DNA of 32,000 bases from Candidatus Saccharimonadota bacterium (GCA_965227835.1 OZ245768.1:1170001-1202000); one strand, 5' to 3'; positions 10,600 through 19,964 are shown, counted from the stretch's first letter. The notes: generated from the letters alone by a model not told the origin. A program made the numbers and translations.

Positions 10600-11230
10600 G
10601 TACCTTAAGTAAATATCTACCAGTAGAACTGGTAGCTTTAAATGGAAGCCCCTAGAAGGGGCTAAAATAGTTTTTACCAGTTTAAATCTAACTGATTTCC
10701 ATCAATGGTTTTATCCTTATGTTGCTGATGTTGAACATAATTTTTTATCATATCCAAGTCAAGTCAAACTGTACTTACATAGTATCATCTACTCCAGAAA
10801 TTCTTCGAGTACAGTCATTTCTTCTTACTATGTTTGTTATGAAGTATTATTGCACTCTTTCATTTCAATCTTCACAGAATTTCTGCAACAGAGTATTTTG
10901 GAGATATCCTCAAAACGAGATGAACATGATCTATCGTTATATTTCATTTTAATATCTCAAAATCATATCTCTTTGCAAGTTCATGAAATGTGTCTCGTAT
11001 ATCTTTTCTAACTGATTGAAAAAGTATTTTTTTTCGGTACTTTGGTACCACCACTATGTGGTAAGTGCAGTCCCAATTCACATGGGACTGCTTTGCGTAT
11101 TTGTGGGACATATCTTTAAAAAGTTATTCCCCTCCTAGGTGCTTCCTAGAAGATTATACACAACTACCGGAACGGTAAAACCTCCACTACTCGCACCAGC
11201 AGAGCTGGTGGTTTAGTGTTGGATTAATTA
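10600..11230 (-). mobile_element. IS200/IS605-family insertion sequence (tnpA only)
   Basis: The Y1 transposase gene is flanked by related subterminal hairpins: CTACCAGT-AGA-ACTGGTAG (10617-10635) and CACCAGC-AGA-GCTGGTG (11194-11210). A further hairpin lies at 10647-10663. The outer boundaries are approximate. Confidence 0.7.
10674..11111 (-). CDS. tnpA: IS200/IS605-family Y1 (HUH) transposase TnpA
   Basis: MSHKYAKQSHVNWDCTYHIVVVPKYRKKIL..., HUH motif IDHVHLVL, catalytic-Tyr region FWSRGYYVSTVG. Six in-frame TGA read as Gly. 438 nt. Confidence 0.9.
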
Positions 11231-11453
11231 TACATTTATATAAGCATAAATCCAAATTTTTTCCCAAAATAACAAAAAAGAGTCACAAACTATAATTGTA
11301 ACTCTTTCTTTAAGTAGATACTTTAAGAATTCTTTAGTTCCTATAAAATAATAAATTTTTTAGGTAATTTTTAAGAATAAAAATTAGCAAAAAAGAATTG
11401 CTTTTCTTTTAAATGAACTTTTTAAGGTTTCCTTAAATAATACATTTAAATAA

Positions 11454-11906
11454 CTAAAAAGGTAAGTCTTCCACAGATATTTCTTCTTCTTCTTGATTTT
11501 TAGTTTTTTTAACAGCAGGAGTCTTATTATCAACTGGCCTATCAGAACTAGAAATATTATCTATATTATTAACACTTCAGGCAGCAGATAACATTATCAT
11601 ATTTTCTCAAACTATCTCCGTTTTATACCTTTTTGTTCCATCTTGAGCTTCCCAGCTTCTAGTTTGAAGTCTACCTTCAATATAAACTTTTTTTCATTTT
11701 TGCAGGTATTGAGCAGCAATTTCTGCTAATTTTCACCACAAAACTACATTGTGGAATTCTGCTTGGTCTTGTTTAACTCAAGAACTATCTGTCCAAGACC
11801 TATTGGTAGCTACAGAAAGAGTAGTAACATTTTGACCATTTGGAGTCTGTCTCAACTCAACATCTTGTGTGATGTTTCATATAATTTGCACTTTGTTTAA
11901 GTCCAT
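11454..11906 (-). CDS. ssb: single-stranded DNA-binding protein
   Basis: MDLNKVQIIGNITQDVELRQTPNG...FHNVVLWGKLAE...YIEGRLQTRSWE and an acidic tail ending EDLPF. 453 nt. Confidence 0.95.
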
Positions 11907-12126
11907 ATCTAAAATTCATGTAAAGATCTAAAATAATGTTAATGTTTTAAGTTAACAATACAGATATTATTCATTGAGGCATATTTTGTCAAAATTTTTT
12001 ATATACTTTTTATATTTTTCTAAATAAAACTTACAAAAAGACAGCTAAAAATAGCAAAAAAATTTGCATTATAAAAAAAAAGTTCTATATTGTGCCTGTT
12101 ATCTTATTTATTTAATAACATTTATT

Positions 12127-12399
12127 ATGAAAAAACAAGACTTTATTAGAGTTGTTGCATCTGATGCTAACTTAAGTCAAGATGCTGTTTCTAGGGTATT
12201 AGGTTCTATTATTGACACTGTTACTAATGAACTTAAAGCTGGTAGGGAAGTTAATATTACTGGTTTTGGTGCATTTAAAGTATCAAAAAGAGCTGCTAGA
12301 AATTGAGTTAATCCAAGGACTTGAAGTAAAATTAAAATTGCAGCTATGAATTCTCCTGTTTTTAGAGCTGGTAAAACTTTAAAAGAAGCTGTAAGATAG
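12127..12399 (+). CDS. hup: DNA-binding protein HU
   Basis: MKKQDFIRVVA...[47 protein letters not shown]. The two Gly of ARNG.NPRTG are TGA at 12304-12306 and 12322-12324. Confidence 0.95.
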
Positions 12400-12444
12400 T
12401 TGTAAGTAAAGTAATTTAATACATTTAAATATTAAATTAAAAAA

Positions 12445-12476
12445 AACCAGGGATTTAAATCCTTGGTTTTTTTGAT
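12445..12476 (+). terminator. rho-independent terminator after hup
   Basis: AACCAGGGATTT/AAATCCTTGGTT hairpin followed by a T-run. Confidence 0.7.
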
Positions 12477-12536
12477 TTTTTTTAAATTTATGATATACTT
12501 TTTTAGTAATTTCTTTTTATCATAAGATCACTTTAA

Positions 12537-13073
12537 ATGGAACTGATAAATTTAGATATAAATAAAACCCCCGAAATAGGTAGTGATTTTTTTGAAAAAC
12601 TACTAGTAGATAAAGATTTTGAAATAAATATAGACTTTGTTTCTGATTTTAAAAGTGCAAAATTATTAAGAAACTTTGTTTCAAGCTTATCTGAAAAGAT
12701 ATCTATAGATAATATATGGAAATCTAGGCTAATTTTAGTAGCAGATGAGTTAAATAACAATGCTATAGAATATTGAAGCAAAAGTTGAGAGATGAATTTA
12801 TTCAAAATAACTATAACCCATATAGATAAAGGTTTTAATTTGAATATAGAAGTTCATGACACTTGAAATTGACCAAAAGCTAAAAAATCTTTTGAAATGG
12901 AAGAAATGAGAGATAATAAGAAAAAAGAATGATTTAGTAATCATAACTCTATAAGAGGTAGAGGGCTTTTTATGATAATAGAGAAACTTGTGGATGAACT
13001 TTATTTTAAAGACTCTGAAAGCTGATGACTTATAGTTTGAATAAATAAAAAATTTGAAGCTAAAACAGATTAA
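12537..13073 (+). CDS. GHKL/HATPase_c-type protein (anti-sigma-factor-kinase-like)
   Basis: N-box-like ADELNNNAIEYG, G1-like HDTGNG, G2-like IRGRGLFMIIEKL. 537 nt with several TGA Gly codons. Confidence 0.65.
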
Positions 13074-13116
13074 AGAAATACAAAAATAAGGATTTTTTTA
13101 GGAAATTTTAATTAAT

Positions 13117-13165
13117 AAAACCGATGTTATAATTTAGTAATTAAATATAATCATCGGTTTTTTGT
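13117..13165 (+). terminator. terminator-like hairpin
   Basis: AAAACCGATG (13117-13126) pairs with CATCGGTTTT (13152-13161), followed by a T-run. Confidence 0.5.
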
Positions 13166-13346
13166 GAAAAAGATTAACCTCGAGCTAATACACAAAATGT
13201 GTACAAAAAGAGAAATTTTTTACAACAGCAAAGGTCTAAAGCTCTCTATTGACAAAAAGTAAAAATTGTATTTTAAAAATAGTCTAACTTACGAGTTAGT
13301 TTACTATAGTATAAAGATAGCTTTGGCTCTTTGACCTTATATCTAT

Positions 13347-13374
13347 TTCAACAGAAGGCTTTAGCCTTCTGAGC
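13347..13374 (-). repeat. GGCTAAAGCC-type palindromic motif (M motif), isolated copy
   Basis: CAGAAGGC-TTTA-GCCTTCTG, an 8-bp stem (13352-13371), preceded by TTCAACAG. A related half-motif TCTAAAGCTCTCTATTGAC lies at 13235-13253. Confidence 0.7.
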
Positions 13375-13534
13375 TTTATTATTGGTCGATATAAGACTTT
13401 AGCATTTTTATATTGTAGAAAGTTTATATTTTTGAAAAAAGCCCCCAGTTTACACCAAGGATACTTTTAGTTTTTCATATTATTTGTCCATATATAATAA
13501 GATGACATTATAAAAACAAAGCTTTTCCCAGATT

Positions 13535-14275
13535 TTATGCTTTATAACCTTCTATTCTAAAAAAGGGAGCTAAAAGTAATATTTTAATTTTAGAATTAAA
13601 AAACATTTCAAAATAAGGTATTTTATAATCTTTTAAAATCTTTTTTATTGGTTCAAAAAGTATTCTAGACCAAGGATCTATATCATATAAATCTGACTTA
13701 ATCATAGATTCTACTTCTGAAATATCTAAAAATTCTCCACTATCTAATTCTCAATCCAAAAGCTCAAATTTATCTCACTTAACTTCTAATAAATAGGCTA
13801 TACCTATGTGAACTCTCCCAACTTCGTTGTTATCATCATTTATATATCAAACTAATTTTGTGTTAACTATATTGTCTTTTTTTATACTTAGTTCTTCCTC
13901 AACTTCTCTAATAAAGCTGTCTCTTATAGGATTCCTTGAAAATCTATCTTCTTTTTCTATATGACCTCAAACTCAAAATGATAGCTTATCATGTAGCCTA
14001 TGTTCTCAAGCACTAGATTTTGATCATCATCTCTTATAAACAAAGATCTTTTTTTTGTCATTTATTACCAGTCAGTAAGAAATAGGCTGTTTATATTCTA
14101 GATTGGTTTCAGCCTCTTTTCTTATCATATATTCGTAGTTGGATAAAACCTTTTGTTCAAAATCTGACTCTAAACTAGGATAAAATTTAGTTTCCCTATT
14201 TATATCACTAAAAAGTGCCTTATTAGGAACAACCATTATTTCCCTGTTCATTTTTGCTTCTACAACTTGGTTCAT
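13535..14275 (-). CDS. Nudix-like hydrolase / MutT-family phosphoesterase
   Basis: Extends track ORF 14072-14275 through TGA codons. Nudix-box-like GGHIEKEDRFSRNPIRDSFIREVEEEL preceded by EHRLHDKLSFGVGG. 741 nt. Confidence 0.6.
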
Positions 14276-14327
14276 TTATTTGATTATTAAATATTTAAAA
14301 ATAAATACACTAAACTATGAAAATTTA

Positions 14328-15089
14328 CTACATTCAAGTACAACTTTGATCAGCTAAACTTCAATCTTCTTGCCTTATTTGATATTCTCAATCTCATATA
14401 GATTTTCTTGCATCTTTTATCTCTTCACAGCTTTCAAAACTACTATTTTGAGAAAATGATCATCTAGACTCAGCTTTTACCAAAATAGTATCAAAATCAG
14501 TAGAATCACTTACAGGAGATGTTCATCAATCAAATAGGTAGGGCAAATTATGAGATAAATCATCAAATATAATTCTCTTTCTAAAATTTGTTACTTCAAC
14601 ACTGCTTGTAGATTCCATGGCTAAAATTATATTAGGCAAAACATTTTTTGCTACTGATTTATAATCTCACATAAGTATAGCTTTAGGGTTTTCATCATTT
14701 TCTAAGGTTCAAGCTATTTGAAATTCTGACTTATTTGTGGTTATACTATATAAAAATGGAATATCTGCTTCAGGATCTAAGGGGATTTTATCAATAGTTG
14801 ATAATCACACATTTGTTCAAAGTTTTCACTGCCAAACAACCACATTTGAAGATGAACTATTTGTTATAGTAAAATAATCTTCTGGGATAGGGTAGCTTCA
14901 TTTATTTTTACTATAAAGCTTCATAGCAGCAACTACTTGGGAAAGACTAGATTTTCTTTCTGCATCTCTAGAATAGCTTAAATTTCACACAAACGAACTA
15001 AATCATATAGCTCAAAGTATAGCAAGTATTACTGTTACTATTATAAGCTCTACAAAAGTAAAGGCAAGACTATATTTGGTTTTTAACAT
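14328..15089 (-). CDS. type IV pilin-like protein (prepilin-type N-terminus)
   Basis: MLKTKYSLA/FTFVELIIVTVILAILGAIGF: class III signal with Glu at +5 and an unusual Ala at -1. 253 aa with C-terminal Cys residues. Confidence 0.8.
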
Positions 15090-15143
15090 AAACTTTATGG
15101 TTTAAAAATTTATTATCACCATACCATATCTCTATATTCCATA

Positions 15144-15425
15144 CCTCCCCTCTCCTCCCAAAAGGAGAGGGGTTGGGGGTGAGGGCTTTAAGGAAAGGAT
15201 TTGGGGTGAGGGCTTTACAGGCTAGAGCTGGGGGTGAAGGTTATACGGAAGAGGCTAGGGTGAGGGTTATACGGAAGAGGATAAGGTGGGGGCTTTTACG
15301 GAAAGGACTTGGGGGTTAGGACTGTTCGAAAATGTTAGAATAAGGTTAATTTGGTAAGATAAGGTCTGTTCTATTCCCTCTCCTCTAAGGAGAGGGCTAG
15401 GGTGAGGTTAATTAAGGCTAGGTCT
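15144..15425 (+). repeat. GC-rich composite repeat, copy A (hairpin plus six G-rich tandem units plus a miniature second unit)
   Basis: Hairpin CCCCTCTCC (15147-15155) / GGAGAGGGG (15164-15172). Six 26-28-nt units of type TGGGGGTGAGGGNTNTACGGAAAGG follow (15173-15334). A second hairpin CCCTCTCC/GGAGAGGG lies at 15376-15396. Confidence 0.9.
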
Positions 15426-15556
15426 ATAAAAGTTATAGTAAGACCAAAACAGAGATTTTAGTATAAATAGATTATTTTCTCCGGATAACATCACTTTTTT
15501 CAAGACTTTCTTAAATATACAAAAAAAACAAAAAAGAGCTAATTTTTTTATTTGAA

Positions 15557-16951
15557 TTACAAATAAATAAGTTTATCCAAACTTATATCCCTTCAAGCAA
15601 TTTCAATACTTGGAGAAAAGTCTTTTTTTTCATCTTTAGATTCAAAAAAGAAATCATTGTAAGCATTTTCGTCCCTCAAAATATCTTTAAATTTTTTTTC
15701 TATTTCTTTCATAAGTCCCATTTTATCCATTACATCATAAATCCTCATTACAGCCTCATCATTGGAAAAATCAGTCATTCTAACTATTTGTTCAAGTCTC
15801 TCTCAACTAGCTTTAAATTTCATATCTCAAAGATAACTAATACGAGGTTTTTTATCTTCCACTCTATATTTTAAATCAAACAATTCTACCTCATCAGTAT
15901 AGTCTAAATTTTCAGATTTTTCTTTTTTTAAATTGGAAGATGAATAACTATCTATCAAAAAATCTTTTAAATCAGTTATTCATTCTTTTGTAGCAGAAGA
16001 AATCACAAAAACCTTTTTAGACTTATATTTAGATTTAAATTGCTCCAAAATAAATTTTTTCATCTCTTCATCAAGTAAATCTCATTTTGTAAAAACTATT
16101 ATTTCCTCTTTTTCATCTAGTTTCTTAGAATCATTATCATATTTAAAATCTTTAGAGAAGCATTCAAGTTCATATCTAATATTTTTGTAGTCTTCAAAGA
16201 TATTATCAAGTCTGGATAAATCTAGTAAATGAAGTAATACATTTGTTCTTTCTATATGCTTTAAAAATTTTATTCACAAACCTTTACCTTTACTAGCACC
16301 AGGTATTAAACCAGGTACATCTTCTAAAACTAAGGATTTTCATTTATGTTCCAAAACTCAAAGATTGGGAGTTATTGTAGTAAAAGGATAATCTCAAATC
16401 TTTGGTTTTATATTTGTGATATTTCAAATGAGGGTTGATTTTCAAGCAGAAGGAATTCATATAATTCAAATATCAGCAACAAGTTTTAATTCTAGCTTTA
16501 AATCTCTTTCTTCACTCACATCTCAAAGTTCGGCAAATCATGGAGCTTGTCTAGTGCTAGAACAAAAATGAGCATTTCCATATCATCATCTACCACCTTT
16601 AGCAACAAGTATTTTAGAGTTATTTAAATTTAAATCAGCTATTAAATCATTTGTATTAGAATCACGAATTACAGTTCAAACAGGAACACTCAAAATCAAA
16701 TCAGAAGCATCTGCTCCTGATTTAGTATTAGTTTTTCATGATTCTCAAGATTGAGCTTTTAATACCTTTTTATGTCTATATTCAGACAAGGTATTTATAT
16801 TATTATTTGTCTTTATATAAACATTTCAACCATTTCAACCATTTCATCACCAAGGTCATCATTTTGGTATATATTTCTCTCTCCTCCAAGATACTATTCC
16901 ATCTCAACCTTTTCAAGAAATTACTTTTATTTCTACTTCATCTATAAACAT
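15557..16951 (-). CDS. obg: GTPase Obg/CgtA
   Basis: [47 protein letters not shown]1 GIPSAGKST, DVPG. The C-terminal extension includes track ORF 15593-15778. 1395 nt. Confidence 0.95.
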
Positions 16952-16980
16952 AAAAATACAAGTTTTTTAAGAATTTTATA

Positions 16981-17055
16981 TGGTATCCCCAGCTGGAATC
17001 GAACCAACATCTAACCCTTAGGAGGGGTTTATTCTATCCATTGAACTATGAGGAC
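16981..17055 (-). tRNA. tRNA-Arg (anticodon CCU)
   Basis: 75-nt cloverleaf on the minus strand. Acceptor GTCCTCA/TGGGGAT (two G-U pairs); anticodon stem AACCC/GGGTT with loop CTCCTAA. T arm GTTGG-TTCGATT-CCAGC, encoded CCA. Confidence 0.85.
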
Positions 17056-17071
17056 ATTTTTAAGACCCTCC

Positions 17072-17656
17072 TTAAATAAAATCAAAAAAAAGAACTGATA
17101 AAAAAACCACAAAGAAAACACATATAAAAATTATCATAAGTTTATTAGTAGTCTTTTCATATTTCAATTTACCAACAAGCATTTGTTTTTCAGACAACTC
17201 TCTTTCTAGTTTTTTAGAAAACTCTTTATTTGATTGTTCTGCTAAAAATTGAGTTTTTTTATACTCCATTACATCAACTTTGTTATTATTCTGTTCCAAA
17301 GCCTTTCAAAGCTTTATAGACAACTCCTCTATCTTCTCATCTTTTTCTTTTATTTCAGATCTAAAAGTAGAATATATATTTTCAAATGTTTTTAATATTT
17401 TATCATAATCATCTTTTTTCACTAAATCAGAACCACTAGAAGAAACCAGTTCTTTTTTTGAAACAACATCCATTGAGCTTATAACATCTTGAACAGGTTT
17501 TATATTTGAGTTTAGATTTTTTATATCATCATCATTTAAAAGTATAGTCTTTCATTCTTTTTTAAATCTAATTTTTCCAGACTTAATATACCTATCTATA
17601 CTTCTTGTAGATAGGTTTAAAATAGAAGATGCCTGTTGTCTGTTTATATTATACAA
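17072..17656 (-). CDS. membrane-anchored helix-turn-helix protein (HTH, coiled coil, C-terminal TM helix)
   Basis: Codon-by-codon translation has no TAA or TAG. The N-terminus YNINRQQASSILNLSTRSIDRYIKSGKIRFKKEGKTILL resembles MerR/excisionase-type HTH. The middle is K/E-rich, and the C-terminus LMIIFICVFFVVFLSVLFFDFI is hydrophobic. The likely TTG start at 17656 follows an in-frame TAA. Confidence 0.65.
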
Positions 17657-17844
17657 TTCTATATTTTAAAAAATTAAGTAAAGGAAATCCTGAAAAATTC
17701 ACTTAAAAGAAAAAGAATTCTTCAGCCTTTCCTTAAAAAAGGATATTGTAGAAATTTCAGCAAAGCAAGCGAAATTATATATCTTATAGGGTCTTTTGCA
17801 AATTTATCAATAAAGCAAAATAATGAATTTCTCTGTTAAACAAA

Positions 17845-18099
17845 CTTGACAAAAATCTAAAGCTCTCTGTTGAAAGGAGTTTTCTACTTTATTATAATAA
17901 TCTCCATTCTCTACCTGTTCTATTCCTAACTGTTCTACTCCCCTCTCCTCCAAAGGAGAGGGGTTGGGGGTGAGGTCTGTACAGAGAGGGGCTGGGGGTG
18001 AGGTTGGTCCGGAGATGGACTGGGGGTGAGGTTTGTCCGGAAATGGGCTAGGGGTGAGGTTTGTCCGGAGAGGGTTAAGGTAAGGTCCAATCAAAAATG
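17845..18099 (+). repeat. GC-rich composite repeat, copy B
   Basis: M-like motif TCTAAAGCTCTCTGTTGAAAGG (17856-17877), CTGTTCTA direct repeats, and hairpin 17940-17948/17955-17963. Four exact-period 28-nt units CTGGGGGTGAGGTNTGTCCGGANATGGG (17964-18075) are followed by a decayed unit. Confidence 0.9.
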
Positions 18100-18104
18100 A
18101 TCAA

Positions 18105-18352
18105 TGGGCAAATGGCTAAAGCCATCTGTTGAAGGGATATACTAAATTTAGGGTAAATCCCCTATAATGGTAATTTCTGTTCTATTCATTCTGTTCTACT
18201 CCCCTCTCCTCCAAAGGAGAGGGGCTGGGGGTGAGGGCTGTACGGAGAGGGGCTGGGAGTGAGGTTTTCATGGGTGAAGGTGAGGTCTGCTCGGACTAGC
18301 TAGAGTGAGGGTTATACGGGAAAGGTTAGTGTAAGGTTTTCTTGGATTAGAC
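18105..18352 (+). repeat. GC-rich composite repeat, copy C (directly abutting copy B)
   Basis: M motif GGCTAAAGCCATCTGTTGAAGGG (18114-18136), CTGTTCTA repeats, hairpin 18201-18209/18216-18224, then progressively degenerate 28-nt units to about 18350. Confidence 0.9.
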
Positions 18353-18360
18353 TAAAATAC

Positions 18361-19392
18361 TTAACCTTCCCTCATCATAGTATGAAAAATATCATCTGTT
18401 TTTCTGGAATAAGAAACTCATATAAAAGGAATCTCATAAACATGACATAAAATAGCAGAATGAAGCCTCATAGAAAAACAAATATCCATATCTTTTTGCT
18501 TATAAACATTATAAACCTCCTGCATATTATCTTTTATATCAATATTAACTCCTGAAAAATCTTTTAAAAAACTATAATCATCACTATAAATATCATCTTT
18601 ACTAAAACTATGGGGCAAAAGAATAACCTTTCAAGAAGATTTAACTATATAGTTTACTATTTCTCTAAGTTTTCATTCCTCTATTTTAAGAGACATATTT
18701 GATTTTTCTGCAAGAAAACCTTTTCTAAAAGCTATCCCTACAGTCTTGTTTTCAAAATCAAACTCTTTTATCTTAGTCATATCAAAATTATAAGAATCTA
18801 TCTTTCATATAATTGATTTTTTCAAAGCCTTTTTATCTCTATCAAAAAAAACCGGGTCTTGCTCTAGGCTTGATTCTATTCAAGCTTTTTTCAATACATT
18901 TTGACTATACAAATCCCTAACACTAACCTCTAGGGCATTTTTAAATAGTTTTTTAAGAGCTTTTGTATTCTTTTTATCTTTGACATATACTCAAACCCTA
19001 AAAAAACAAACCTTTTTAAAAAGAAGACCTACTAGCCTTTTTCTAAAAATCAGGGAAGGAAGTGAGTTAGTTTTTTTTCAAACTTCTCAATCAAAAAACA
19101 ATCAACCTCATCCAAAAACTATCAAATCTGATTTAATTACAGATCAAACAAAACAAAAAAAACTAGATATATTTTTAAATATATATTTTAGATTTTTTAT
19201 ATTATCGGGAAAGTATGGTTTGTATTCTATATAATCCCTTTTATAAAAGGGATTTTTATGATCATAAGAAAAAACTAAGAATTTTGTATTTTTGTTTAAA
19301 TATCTCATTCTTAGTATTTCTATCTGATTTTTCAAGATTAACTCATCTCACAGATTTTTTTTTCAAATAGATGCAAAAATTGAAATAAGCAT
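18361..19392 (-). CDS. csaB: polysaccharide pyruvyl transferase (CsaB-like)
   Basis: GKKNLGDELIL near the N-terminus, DLIVFGGGGLFFD, C-terminal SMRLHSAILCHVYEIPFIGVSY. Joins track ORFs 18418-18618 and 19144-19335 in one frame. 1032 nt. Confidence 0.75.
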
Positions 19393-19440
19393 TGGGAATT
19401 TATAAATTATAATAAATTTGGACTATTTTGAGTTTTTTAA

Positions 19441-19683
19441 TTAATATCATTTATATACATCTCATCTTTTCTTTATTAACTCAATAGTAATATTTCAAGA
19501 AACATCTTTAAAAATAATTCTGTAAGTTCATACTCTTATTCTGTAAAGATTTTTGTATCAAGTCATTTTCTCAACATCATATAAACTATAATTTCAATTT
19601 AATATGTCCAAAATAATTTTATCAAAATCTATTTCAGTATTTGATTTAATGGCATTCAATTGCTTTATCCATTTTTTAACCAT
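19441..19683 (-). CDS. RelE/ParE-family type II toxin
   Basis: 80 aa containing KMTGYKNLYRIRVGTYRIIFKDVSGNITIELIKKRGDVYKGY, which matches the RelE/StbE pattern (yRiRvGdYRiiy...R.dvY). Confidence 0.75.
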
Positions 19684-19694
19684 AATACTTATTT

Positions 19695-19868
19695 TTAACT
19701 AGATAAATAACTCAAAAATTCTTTTTTTCATAGTCATTTTTTTCAAAAATCAACAACTGTTTGCCAGTTAGAATCATCTATTTTATATAACTCTTCTATA
19801 GTTATTGTTTCTTTAGTATTTATTTTCAAAGCTACAGATTCTGGAACTTCTACATTTATTACAGCCAT
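19695..19868 (-). CDS. putative antitoxin (57 aa)
   Basis: Small ORF ending 11 nt upstream of the toxin start, the typical antitoxin-toxin order. No family recognised. Confidence 0.5.
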
Positions 19869-19930
19869 AACCTTAATTTAAGTTTTAAAAACTTCAATAT
19901 TATATAACTTTTTACAAATTTGCAAAAAAC

Positions 19931-19964
19931 AAAAAAACCCCTGGCTAAAGCCAGGAGTTTTTTC
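19931..19964 (-). terminator. rho-independent terminator downstream of the S-layer-like gene (bidirectional shape)
   Basis: CCTGGC-TAAA-GCCAGG hairpin (19940-19955) flanked by an A-run and a T-run. The core is again GGCTAAAGCC. Confidence 0.7.

Noticed and set aside
12064-12126. N-terminal extension of HU from the track ORF start at 12064 (MHYKKKVLYCACYLIYLITFI...).
   Set aside because: HU family proteins begin at the MKKQDF-type methionine (12127). The extension is hydrophobic junk overlapping the promoter region.
17807-18094. Track ORF 17807-18094 (95 aa, Pro-rich) as a protein-coding gene.
   Set aside because: It is the reverse-strand reading of the GC-rich repeat array. Its composition is unlike every real gene here. 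The same pseudo-peptide would recur in each repeat copy in different frames and orientations.
17964-18099. The 28-nt repeats (also 15173-15334 and 18225-18350) as a CRISPR array.
   Set aside because: The units are directly abutting with no spacers and degenerate progressively. No cas genes are in the window.
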